From: a virus
Lineage: Duplodnaviria; Caudoviricetes
Strand: one strand, 5' to 3'
IMG/VR virus record: IMGVR_UViG_3300029288_000057
Coordinates: 226,887 to 290,886 of that record
DNA length: 64,000 nt
Both the position numbers and the translations under genes were made by a program. Below the pieces are notes generated by a model. The model ran no database searches and was not told where the DNA came from. It saw only the letters and a list, made by a program, of their open reading frames with translations. Within the stretch, counting starts at the first letter, position 1, and each line of letters opens with the position of its first letter. This document shows positions 9,789-19,322 of this stretch, piece by piece.

Positions 9789-10277
9789 TTAAGCATTCAA
9801 CAAACACCTGTCTGGTTGAATGGTAATTTTTACTTGAATTACATCATCAGCACTGTAATCAAAATCGTCAAAAGATGCATTTGTAATAATACAACCAATC
9901 AAAGTCCATTTTTCAACTTCAACTCCAGTTGGGTCTAATGCTTTGAGAACAAGATTTTTCTTATAACCAATTGCATATCCCATTCTTCCAGTTGCACTTT
10001 CGGCATGTAGTCTAACCCATTCCATAATTTTTTGAGTCGTGGAAGGTCCTATTACATCAATAAAAGCAACATCAAGTGGTTGCCATTTGTAACGACCAGA
10101 TACCCATGTGCTGGTATTCATGTAAGGAATTTCAGTGCTTCCGATTTCTAACGAAGGCTTTCCTGATGTTTGTACTAAATAAGATTCAATTCCCAACTCG
10201 GTTGGAAACTCAAGAACAAATCTATTTTTTCTTTTTGGTTCCTGTTCTACTGGAACTGGTCTGAACATATCTGCCAT
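9789..10277 (-). CDS. Tail tube protein (gp19-like)
   Basis: EPKRKNRF, G(R/K)..W.P, MEWVRLHAES.TGR.GYA..YKK, LDPTG..VEKWTL.G and D.C.L motifs. Confidence 0.9.
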   Translation of the reverse strand: MADMFRPVPVEQEPKRKNRFVLEFPTELGIESYLVQTSGKPSLEIGSTEIPYMNTSTWVSGRYKWQPLDVAFIDVIGPSTTQKIMEWVRLHAESATGRMGYAIGYKKNLVLKALDPTGVEVEKWTLIGCIITNASFDDFDYSADDVIQVKITIQPDRCLLNA

Positions 10278-10440
10278 AGTAAATTTAATTTTAAATGTTT
10301 TTTATAAATATTGAAAAAAATTTTTTTCAACTTTATTTTAAAAAAACTTAAAATTTTAGAATTAAGGTTTATTTTCCCTATTTATTTAAGAGCTATATAG
10401 CTTGTTTTTATTTTTTTAGAAATTATATAATTTCACCATT

Positions 10441-13086
10441 ATGCCAACAAAAAACGCAAGGTTCTTACCTAAGAGAACCGCTGTATCTGGAAGAATTCCA
10501 ACTGGAACCACAGGAAATGAAAGTAACTTTATTCAACAAGGAGAGTTGGCTGTTAATACAGCTGATAAAAAACTTTATTCTTTTGATGGAACAAATGTTT
10601 TTGAATTTGGAGCAAACTCTTTTCTTGGATTAAGCGGGGGGACAATTAATGGTGATTTTACAGTAACTGGAAGCTCGAATTTACAACAGGTTTCCATAGA
10701 AAAATATGCTGATTTTTATTCTGGGGCAACAGTTCCATCGGCAAAAGTTGGTAGGGTTTATTTTGACCAAAACGAAAATGCTTTGTCATATTTTCCATAT
10801 ACGGATAATATGGATGTTACTTTGAATGTTGGACAAGAATCATTTATAAGAATTTATAATAACACAGGGGTTCCTATTTTAAACGGACAGGCAGTGAGTC
10901 TTTGCGGGGATATTAGCGGAAGTCCTTTGGTGGTGCTTTCATCTGCTGTTGACGTAACTGGAGACACAGCTGTTGTTTCTGGTATTGCAACCCATCAAAT
11001 TGAAAACGATGGTTTTGGATTTATAACAAATTTTGGAATTGTAAGGGATGTTAATTTGTCTGGATTTAGCAACGGAGAAACAGTTTATTTATCGGATGTT
11101 GTGCCAGGGGGTTTTATTAAACTTGAAAATTTATTAAATACTTCTAGGGCAAGTAAAATTGGACGTGTTATAAGCAATGGTTCATTAACTGGGAAGCTTC
11201 TTGTTATTATTGAAAATGAGAGTGGAAATATTTCTGGAATAAGCCGAAGACAAGAAACAATTTTTACATTAGAAAACACATCAACAGGATTGTTCCAATT
11301 TACAGGATTAAGTTATACAAGCACTTATTTTAATGTTGCTCCAATTAAGGGATGGGTTGTGGATAATACCACAGATGTTTTTGTCCCGACAATTAGATAT
11401 ATTAATTATAGTGGAGCAACTGGGTTAACGTCTATATATCTAAGTTCTAATACGGGAACATATTTGTTGGTAAACACCGCATCAACACTCATGATGCAAT
11501 CTACGAATCCAACAGCAGAAGAAAGAAGAGATAATTTATATGTTGGAAAAATAACACACCCCAATTATTCAGCCTATACATCAGTGCAACATCAATTATT
11601 ATCTATGTTGTCTCCTTATCAGAGCACATATGATATGTTTTCCTCTTTAAAATATATAAAACAAGGGCTTGTTTGTAGTGCAAATGGTGGTAATTTAAAA
11701 ATTAATATTTCTAGCGGAAAATTATTCGGATTGGGAATTAATTTTCCAAGTAACACAAAAAAACCAAATGAATTATCCTTCTCCGCAACTTCGCCAACAA
11801 CATTTAGATATAGAACACAAACTGGAGGAACATCAGTTGATACAACAGATATTGATGTATCACGTTATGATGTTGGTGGGGCAATAACCGCAATTCCAGG
11901 TGGCGCTGGTGTTAAAAGAGCAACAAATCAAAGAATATATTTGTTTCCAGGAGGAGAGGTGAGAATTGGATATGGACAAAATTATTATAGTACACTTTCA
12001 GAAGCTATCTCTGCGATTCAGTCTGAAACATTTATAGAATATAGCAACTTTTCAGAAAATGCTATATTAATAGGAATACTTTCCGTAGAAAAAAGTGCAA
12101 CGGCGTTAAATGTAACCTCCGATGCAAGATTTATAACAACATCAAAGCTTGGTGAAAACATAGGAGGTGCCGCTGGAATATCAACTTCAACTTTGCAGAA
12201 TTCATATGATAATTCAACCCAACCAGAAATTTTAACAGATTCAACAAGAGGTGCTGTCAATTTTAGAGTTGGTTCTGGAAGCGACTTAGATAATATTTTG
12301 ACAATTCAACAAAATAGTGGTGCTATAAACGCAGTGTTTAGAGGAACTGGATATTTTTCCGCAACTACGGTTAATGCTGAAATTTTAACTTCTGGAAATA
12401 CAAATCTATATGACATTTTTCAACCTATTGGTTCAGACTTAAACAAGACATATGTGCAAGGCGGCTTGAACACTTATACAGGTGGTACTGTAGATTTGCC
12501 TACTGTAAATATTTCTGCGGCTACGTTAGACAACATAGCTGTAAGTGGGAACTCAACATTAGGAATAACATCAACAAATACTTTAACTGTTCACGGAGAT
12601 TTGTTTGTGGAAGGAACATCTTTTACATCTCATACAGAAAATGTTTTTATGTCAGCAAACACCATAACTTTGAATTATGGTGAAGTTAACTCAGGAGTCA
12701 CAAAAGGAAGTGCTGGTATTTTAGTTGATAGAGGTACAGCAACTAAATATGAATTTGTTTTTGACGAATCAACAGATACATTTAGAGTGGGAGAAACTGG
12801 AACTACTCAACCAGTTGCCACAAGAGAAGATTCCCCAATATCAAATGGTTTCGCATATTGGAACTCTTCTCAATATAGATTTGATACATCAACATCAATA
12901 TCAGCCACAACATTTGTAAGCGGTGGAACTGAATTGACATCGTTGATGGATGCGAGATATGTGAATGTTGCAGGAGATACAATGACGGGAACTTTAAATG
13001 TTCCTGTTTTGAGTGCAACAACAATCTCTGCAACGACGATAGTGTGTGCAAGTTTACCAAGCCCCTATTTTACTTGGGATATGTAA
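10441..13086 (+). CDS. Long tail fibre protein
   Basis: GELAVNTADKKLY N-terminal fibre motif, LSGGTING, AGILVDRG, YVNVAGDTMTG; Gly/Ser/Thr-rich. Confidence 0.8.
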   Translation: MPTKNARFLPKRTAVSGRIPTGTTGNESNFIQQGELAVNTADKKLYSFDGTNVFEFGANSFLGLSGGTINGDFTVTGSSNLQQVSIEKYADFYSGATVPSAKVGRVYFDQNENALSYFPYTDNMDVTLNVGQESFIRIYNNTGVPILNGQAVSLCGDISGSPLVVLSSAVDVTGDTAVVSGIATHQIENDGFGFITNFGIVRDVNLSGFSNGETVYLSDVVPGGFIKLENLLNTSRASKIGRVISNGSLTGKLLVIIENESGNISGISRRQETIFTLENTSTGLFQFTGLSYTSTYFNVAPIKGWVVDNTTDVFVPTIRYINYSGATGLTSIYLSSNTGTYLLVNTASTLMMQSTNPTAEERRDNLYVGKITHPNYSAYTSVQHQLLSMLSPYQSTYDMFSSLKYIKQGLVCSANGGNLKINISSGKLFGLGINFPSNTKKPNELSFSATSPTTFRYRTQTGGTSVDTTDIDVSRYDVGGAITAIPGGAGVKRATNQRIYLFPGGEVRIGYGQNYYSTLSEAISAIQSETFIEYSNFSENAILIGILSVEKSATALNVTSDARFITTSKLGENIGGAAGISTSTLQNSYDNSTQPEILTDSTRGAVNFRVGSGSDLDNILTIQQNSGAINAVFRGTGYFSATTVNAEILTSGNTNLYDIFQPIGSDLNKTYVQGGLNTYTGGTVDLPTVNISAATLDNIAVSGNSTLGITSTNTLTVHGDLFVEGTSFTSHTENVFMSANTITLNYGEVNSGVTKGSAGILVDRGTATKYEFVFDESTDTFRVGETGTTQPVATREDSPISNGFAYWNSSQYRFDTSTSISATTFVSGGTELTSLMDARYVNVAGDTMTGTLNVPVLSATTISATTIVCASLPSPYFTWDM

Positions 13087-13098
13087 AAAAAACAAAAT

Positions 13099-13323
13099 AT
13101 GGAAGAAATAGAAGAAATAAAAACAAATGAGGAAATACTTCTTGATGAAATACGTTCTCAAGAAGATTATAAAGAAGAAAAATTTTATTATGATGAAGAA
13201 TTTTTTAATCTACTTAATTATGTAATTGAAAGTTCTGAATTGTTAAATGAAAAAATTAAAATGACTTTTCTATACAATGAAATTGGTGGAGGTCAAGGAA
13301 TAAAATTAAAAATACTTGAATAA
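13099..13323 (+). CDS. Small acidic hypothetical protein
   Basis: 74-aa Glu-rich ORF with an A-rich leader. Confidence 0.5.
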   Translation: MEEIEEIKTNEEILLDEIRSQEDYKEEKFYYDEEFFNLLNYVIESSELLNEKIKMTFLYNEIGGGQGIKLKILE

Positions 13324-13333
13324 TGGAAATACA

Positions 13334-13511
13334 ATGAACTATCAAAGAATATATAATGAATTGATTTTTAAAGGAAGCTAAAGATAAAATATCGGAGAAA
13401 AATAGAGTAATGCAAACAAAAAGATATGAAAACAAAATTGAAAGAGAAAAACAAAGTGAAAGAATGAAATTGTGGTGGGAAAAAAGGAAAAATAATTTTA
13501 ATAAAAATTAA
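13334..13511 (+). pseudogene. Internally deleted HNH (Mob-like) homing endonuclease relic
   Basis: MNYQRIYNELIFKG start, joined out of frame to a NUMOD3-like tail EAKDKISEK...KQSERMKLWWEKRK. Confidence 0.55.
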
Positions 13512-13524
13512 TAAAATTTAACAA

Positions 13525-15234
13525 ATGATTTATTACGTTAGGACTGATGGCTCAAATACAAACTCTGGGACAGGATATACCACTTCAGAGGCTTTTTTAA
13601 CAGTGGCAAAAGCAATTACTGTGGTTGCAGCTGGTGACACGGTATATATTGCACCTGGCACTTATTATGAAACGATGACGCTCGCAACAGCAGGAACATT
13701 TGGAGAGATTATTAGCTGGCGGGGCGATAGAGAAGCTCAATATTTTATTGATTTAAAACCAAATTATGTTAGAATAACGGCGTGTAATTCCTCAACAGGA
13801 ATACCAACCACAGCATCAATATTAAATTGTAATACGAAAGGATATAATGATTTTTATAGTTTAGTATTTGATGGCACATCTGGTAACAACAACGGTATTA
13901 TCAATCCTACAACCATAACTAGATTTTATGATTGTATGATATTTTCGGACCAGATTGGTATTCTTGCTAGTGTGGCCGCAAATTGTCTTCTATATAGATG
14001 TTTTGTAGCAGGTGGAGCTTGTGGAATTAGAAATTGTACATCTTATAATTGCATTGCTATAGGCGCTGGTGGTGCCTCTTCTTCAGGGGGTTTTTATGTT
14101 GGAGCAGCTTATAATTGTATATCAATGGCATCAGCCTATTATGGATTCAATTCTGTACCAACCTGTTACAATTGTACCGCATATGGTTCTGTTTATTCTT
14201 TTTATAATTGTTTAAAAACGGTAAATTGTACGGCTGTCTTTGGTTTTGCCGGATTTGCTGGAACAGGTACTCAAAAATATACTAAATGTAAAGCAATAAC
14301 TTGTTCATATGCTGCATATGGGACAAGTTTAACATCTCCTTTGAATATAAGTGATATTAGACACACACATTGTAACAGTGTTCAAAGAGGTAGCACTTAT
14401 GAAACAGGAACACCAACAGAAATTGCGTATGAAGGATATACAGATGTGTCAAGGATTTTGAAAATAGCAACAGCTTTTAAACAAGATTTATTTTCACAGG
14501 ATTGGAGTTCTGATTTGCACAATTTGACTGTTTCAGGAAACATATTGGCAGCAAACGATTATGTTTCCATTGGAACATATACAGGACAAACATTATATCA
14601 GAGTGTGTTTAAAGACAATTTGATATTTTATTCCACACTAAGTGCTACAACTTGGGTTATACAAGCAAACACTGGCTCAACACCAGATGAGACTGCAACA
14701 AATTATGCATACTTTTCAAGTACAACGCCTATTGGTACATATATAAATGTAGGTACGTGGACTGGAACAACTGTAATAGCGGATTATACAGCAATAACAT
14801 TTTCTGAAAACTATGATATTTTAAAACACCCAAGAAGAATGGGGAATGGAATACTTGATTGTGGCGCCTATGAATACTCAACAACATCTCTTGATTGGAC
14901 AACATACCACTCTTCAGCTCCTTCTGTAAAAATATCACAAGCTGGATATAAAAGAATTTCTGTTCCTGTTAAATCTGGGACTACAAAAACTATATCATGT
15001 TGGACTTATTTTAATTTGTCTGGAGAAACAAGTAAACCACAACTAATTATTACGTCACCACAGGATGTTTTAACAACCAACCCAGTTATATTAACTGCAA
15101 CTGGTTCCGAGTTGACTTGGGAACAATTGACAACTACGATAACTCCAAAAGCAGACGGAATTATGAACATTGAGATGTACAGTAGAACAACTGGTTCGAC
15201 AACATATTCTCTTTTTAATGATTTTAGAATATAA
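13525..15234 (+). CDS. Pectate-lyase-like beta-helix protein (tailspike/receptor-binding candidate)
   Basis: YYVRTDGSN.NSG...AFLTVAKA...AGDTVYIAPGTY start, YNC repeats, and a D....PR.....DCGAYE motif followed by a beta-sandwich C-terminus. Confidence 0.75.
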   Translation: MIYYVRTDGSNTNSGTGYTTSEAFLTVAKAITVVAAGDTVYIAPGTYYETMTLATAGTFGEIISWRGDREAQYFIDLKPNYVRITACNSSTGIPTTASILNCNTKGYNDFYSLVFDGTSGNNNGIINPTTITRFYDCMIFSDQIGILASVAANCLLYRCFVAGGACGIRNCTSYNCIAIGAGGASSSGGFYVGAAYNCISMASAYYGFNSVPTCYNCTAYGSVYSFYNCLKTVNCTAVFGFAGFAGTGTQKYTKCKAITCSYAAYGTSLTSPLNISDIRHTHCNSVQRGSTYETGTPTEIAYEGYTDVSRILKIATAFKQDLFSQDWSSDLHNLTVSGNILAANDYVSIGTYTGQTLYQSVFKDNLIFYSTLSATTWVIQANTGSTPDETATNYAYFSSTTPIGTYINVGTWTGTTVIADYTAITFSENYDILKHPRRMGNGILDCGAYEYSTTSLDWTTYHSSAPSVKISQAGYKRISVPVKSGTTKTISCWTYFNLSGETSKPQLIITSPQDVLTTNPVILTATGSELTWEQLTTTITPKADGIMNIEMYSRTTGSTTYSLFNDFRI

Positions 15235-15279
15235 AAAGACGATTTAGAATATTGTTGAATATTTATATTAAATAAACAG

Positions 15280-15588
15280 ATGAAAATATTTACAGGTCAA
15301 ACGATTTATGAGACAATTGTGTCTGTAGACACAAATAACAATCCAGTTTCTGCGGCAACATTGACGACAATTCTATATAAGAATGGCACTGCCTATACAG
15401 AAAGTTCAGTAAGCGTTTCCTTAACTGATGTAACAAACGCAATATTTACTGTCTCATGGTCTGCAGTATCTTATGGAAATTATCAGTTATATTCGAAAAA
15501 TGAGACAACAAATCTTATATATACTTCTGATGTTTATTTAGCGGTGCCTGATGATGAAGAAACGGCCACTGTATATGTTGGACTTTAA
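15280..15588 (+). CDS. Putative Ig-like virion adaptor
   Basis: Beta-rich ORF with TATTTATA at 15260, inside the fibre cluster. Confidence 0.55.
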   Translation: MKIFTGQTIYETIVSVDTNNNPVSAATLTTILYKNGTAYTESSVSVSLTDVTNAIFTVSWSAVSYGNYQLYSKNETTNLIYTSDVYLAVPDDEETATVYVGL

Positions 15589-15601
15589 AGAATAATTAAA
15601 A

Positions 15602-16309
15602 GTGGCAGACAGAGAAGTAAAATATATTTTTAGGAAAAAGGACACTTCTGGTTCTACGTTACCATCTGATGGGATGGTCGCAGAGCCATTTGTTAACACT
15701 TTTGAGGGTAGGATGTTCTTTTATGGAACTCCTGGTGGAAGCTATAGTGCTGTAACTGGACAACCCAATGTATTTGAGGTTGGTGCAAATGTAGATTATA
15801 TATACGCCAAAAGTGGAATCACAACTCCTTATATTAATGCTGGAATTATGCTTTCTGGTGGAACGAATTTATATGATATATTTATACCTTCTGGAAGTTC
15901 TACTGGGGGTGGTGGATATCCAATACAACCTGGATTAAACACATATACAGGAGGAACATATAGTTCACAAACGATAAATGTTTCTGCGGCCACTTTGGAT
16001 AATTTATCTGTAAGCGGAGCAACTTCTTTAGGTTCAGTTTCTGCGACGACTTTAATTTCTGGAAGCACAAATTTGTACGATATATTTGATGTAAAAGGAA
16101 GTGAGGATATAACTCGTGTTCAGCCAGGAGCCAATACATATACGGCGGGAACAGACAATAACCCGTCTGTAAATGTTTCTGCTGCGACTTTGGATAATTT
16201 AGCTGTAAGTGGAGTCTCGACTTTGAGTATTATCACGGCAACGACAATTTCTGCAACGACAATAGTGTGTGCAAGTTTACCAAGTCCCTATTTTACTTGG
16301 GATATGTAA
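15602..16309 (+). CDS. Short tail-fibre-like protein
   Basis: EPFVNTFEGRMF head (compare GELAVNTADKKLY), two copies of the shared module, and a C-terminus nearly identical to that of the 10441 protein. Confidence 0.75.
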   Translation: MADREVKYIFRKKDTSGSTLPSDGMVAEPFVNTFEGRMFFYGTPGGSYSAVTGQPNVFEVGANVDYIYAKSGITTPYINAGIMLSGGTNLYDIFIPSGSSTGGGGYPIQPGLNTYTGGTYSSQTINVSAATLDNLSVSGATSLGSVSATTLISGSTNLYDIFDVKGSEDITRVQPGANTYTAGTDNNPSVNVSAATLDNLAVSGVSTLSIITATTISATTIVCASLPSPYFTWDM

Positions 16310-16330
16310 AAAAATATAAAATATGAAGAA

Positions 16331-16417
16331 AAAACAGATAGTTTAATGTCCATAGAATTATACAGTAGAACAACAGGGTCAACCACATACGCCTTGTTTA
16401 ACGACTTCAGAATATAG
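16331..16417 (+). pseudogene. C-terminal relic (or 23-aa mini-ORF 16346-16417) paralogous to the end of 13525-15234
   Basis: KTDSLMSIELYSRTTGSTTYALFNDFRI* versus KADGIMNIEMYSRTTGSTTYSLFNDFRI*. Confidence 0.8.
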
Positions 16418-16460
16418 CAATTCTGTTTTTTGCCCTATTTATATAGAAATGTAATACAGA

Positions 16461-19280
16461 ATGACTTTATCAGAGCGCCAAAGTGAATATATAAAATGTG
16501 CGACAGACCCCCTTTATTATTTAAACAATTATGGGTATGTTTTTGATGCACAAAAGCAGCGTGTTAACAAGATGACGTGCTTTGAGTACCAGGAGGATTG
16601 CGTTTTTAAATTTCACAAATATAGAAACAATGTTGTTCTAAAATCGAGGCAGTGTTTACCAGAAAACACGTTTGTAGACACGCCAAATGGACCTAAAGCA
16701 ATACAAGATTTTAAAATAGGAGATGAATTATATTCATTTAATTTGGAAACTAATGAATTAGAAATCGACAAAATCAAAGATGCATGGGTTAGCGGAGAAA
16801 GACAGTGTGTTAAATTTAAACTTCAAGACACAAGAAATTTTGAAGTTGGAGAAAACCATCCATTTTTTATTAAAGGAAAAGGATGGGTTAAGGCAGGAGA
16901 ATTAAACCGAGGAGATGAGATAATTGACATCAATTTAGGTTTTGGAAACAAACATATTGATGAAAACGAGGTAAAAATACTGTCGTATCTCATAACGGAT
17001 GGTTGTACTTTAAAACAAGTTAAATTCACAAATAACAATTTAAAATATCTTCAAGAGTTTGAACAAAGCGCTAATTTTATTTTTCCAGATTTAGAAATTA
17101 GAAAAGTTAAAAAACTTAAAGGATTTGATTATTACCCCCACCAAAAGCACGGAGAAAGCACAAAAAGTTCTATTATGGAATGGTGCGAAAGATATGGAAT
17201 AGCGAACAAAAAGACAGAACAGAAACTGCTGCCAAATGATGTTTTTAATTGGGACAAAGAAAGTGTTTCTTTGTTAATAAACAGAATGTTTGCTGGAGAT
17301 GGGTGGATAAGTATTTACAAAAAAAAACTAAGTAATAGATTAGAACTTGGAATTGCGTCCCCATCTTTGTTTTTAATGGAGCAGATAAAATCTTTATTGA
17401 AAAAGTTCAATATCAAATGTAATATTTATGAAGTTAAAAACATGAAGCTTCAAAAAAACATATTTTATAAACTTAGAATTACACATTCAAAAAGTGCAAT
17501 AAAATTTGTAAGAGAGATTGGTATATTTGATAAAGTAAGAGATGAACATTTTGAAATTTGTGAAAACTACAAACATGATGTAAAAAATAGTTCTATAATA
17601 AAAAAAATAGAAAAGACGGATGTTAAAAAATGTTTTGATATTTCTGTTGAAAAAAACGAAAATTTCCTTATAAATGGATTGTTAACTCACAATACTGGCC
17701 TCTCAGTAATCACAGCGGGCTATGTGGCATGGAGAATTATTTTCAGAAAAGATGAAAAAATATTAATTATTGCGAATGATGGAGATGGCGCTGTTAGATT
17801 TTTGGCTGCGGTAAAACAATTTGTGGAATATACACCAACATGGCTTCTTCCTGGTAGTGACGGAAAACCACTTACCAACAATCAAAAAGAAATCGTATTA
17901 AAAAACAAATCTTTTGCAAAAGCAAAAGCAAGTAGTCCAGAAGCTGGACGTGGAGAAGCTTTGACATTATTAGTTCTTGATGAAACTGCATTTATTGAAA
18001 ACGCTGATACAATTTGGATGGCAGCTGGACTTGCATTGTCAGCAACCCATGGAAAATGTATCATGGTATCAACCCCCAATGGAACATCAAACTTATATCA
18101 CAATATTTGGACAGAAGCAGAAAAAAAACAAAGCACTTTTGAACCAGATGATTTTGTCCCCACAAGAGTTCATTGGAAGCAGAATCCATATTGTGCCGAA
18201 GGAATTGAATTAAGGGAAGATGAAAGTGGAGAAAAGGTTTATTGGAGCCCTTGGTATGAGGGAGAGTGTAAAAGAATGCAATATGACAAAGTAAAGATTG
18301 CACAGGAGCTTGATTTATCTTTTGAGGGGTCTAAATATTTGGCTATCGAAAATGAATTAATAAGTAAATATGATAAGCGTTTACTTTTACCAGAATATCA
18401 ATTAATTGATAAAAATAAAACTTATTATGATTATAAAAATAAGCCAGGAGAAAGGTTTGTTAATTATGAAACGAGTTTTACTATATTTAAACCATATATC
18501 CCAGGACATAAATATATTCTTGGTGGGGACGTAGCAAGAGGTGATGGGACGGACTACTCAACGATTGAGATAATTGATATAGAAACATTAGAAGTTGTGG
18601 CGGAATATAGAGACAAAATAGCCCCTGACCTTTTTGCTCATGTTATTTACAATGTGGGAATGGATTATGGAGAAGCATATTTAGTTGTTGAATGTAACAG
18701 TTTCGGTTTGGCCACGGCAATTGATTTGAGCAGAAAGATGAATTATAAAAGAATGCATTATTCTAAAAACATTCAGGAAATTATTGTTAGGCCTTATAAT
18801 TACAAAGTAGAAGAAAATGAAACCATCCCAGGATTTCAAACAACAAAAAAAACAAGACCGCTTGTTGTAAATAACATACGAACTCACTTAAGAGAAGGAA
18901 CATTAAAAATTTATTCAAAATTCTTGATGAATGAATTCAAAACATTTATTCAAAAGGGAGACAGGCCAGAAGCAGAAAAGGGAAAAAATGATGACTTGAT
19001 ATTTGCTTTAGGGATAGGGTTGTTTATAAGGGATACAGAATATCAAAATGCTGCAGCTTCAGCAGAAATGTATAAAGGTATGCTTGATGCGATTGGATAT
19101 GTTAGCAAAACAATCAATGGTACAGATTTTTCATCTAATCCAGCATCAGAAAACATTTCAGATATTCCCCCCGATGCTGGAGGAATTTTCTTTAATGATT
19201 TTAGCAGTCAAAGAGATAATAAATCAGATGACTTTAATGATATTGATTGGTTGTTATCTCCCACATCCAAAAAAACTTGA
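16461..19280 (+). CDS. terL: Terminase large subunit (gp17-like) with intein
   Basis: KSRQ|TGLS Walker A region, GRG...LVLDETAF Walker B, STPNG, and nuclease motifs GGDVARGDG.DYS, VVECNS.G and NDDL. Confidence 0.95.
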   Translation: MTLSERQSEYIKCATDPLYYLNNYGYVFDAQKQRVNKMTCFEYQEDCVFKFHKYRNNVVLKSRQCLPENTFVDTPNGPKAIQDFKIGDELYSFNLETNELEIDKIKDAWVSGERQCVKFKLQDTRNFEVGENHPFFIKGKGWVKAGELNRGDEIIDINLGFGNKHIDENEVKILSYLITDGCTLKQVKFTNNNLKYLQEFEQSANFIFPDLEIRKVKKLKGFDYYPHQKHGESTKSSIMEWCERYGIANKKTEQKLLPNDVFNWDKESVSLLINRMFAGDGWISIYKKKLSNRLELGIASPSLFLMEQIKSLLKKFNIKCNIYEVKNMKLQKNIFYKLRITHSKSAIKFVREIGIFDKVRDEHFEICENYKHDVKNSSIIKKIEKTDVKKCFDISVEKNENFLINGLLTHNTGLSVITAGYVAWRIIFRKDEKILIIANDGDGAVRFLAAVKQFVEYTPTWLLPGSDGKPLTNNQKEIVLKNKSFAKAKASSPEAGRGEALTLLVLDETAFIENADTIWMAAGLALSATHGKCIMVSTPNGTSNLYHNIWTEAEKKQSTFEPDDFVPTRVHWKQNPYCAEGIELREDESGEKVYWSPWYEGECKRMQYDKVKIAQELDLSFEGSKYLAIENELISKYDKRLLLPEYQLIDKNKTYYDYKNKPGERFVNYETSFTIFKPYIPGHKYILGGDVARGDGTDYSTIEIIDIETLEVVAEYRDKIAPDLFAHVIYNVGMDYGEAYLVVECNSFGLATAIDLSRKMNYKRMHYSKNIQEIIVRPYNYKVEENETIPGFQTTKKTRPLVVNNIRTHLREGTLKIYSKFLMNEFKTFIQKGDRPEAEKGKNDDLIFALGIGLFIRDTEYQNAAASAEMYKGMLDAIGYVSKTINGTDFSSNPASENISDIPPDAGGIFFNDFSSQRDNKSDDFNDIDWLLSPTSKKT
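16653..17693 (+). mobile_element. Intein (347 aa) with LAGLIDADG homing endonuclease
   Basis: Starts CLPENT, block B ENHPF, LSYLITDG and MFAGDG LAGLIDADG blocks, ends THN followed by Thr(+1). Confidence 0.93.
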
Positions 19281-19322
19281 TTTTAGATTAAAATTTATTA
19301 TATTTATTAAAAACAAAAACAA

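Noticed and set aside
13015-16309. Possible diversity-generating retroelement TR/VR pair at the fibre 3' ends
   Set aside because: Differences are synonymous and not adenine-specific, both copies are coding, and there is no reverse transcriptase in the window.
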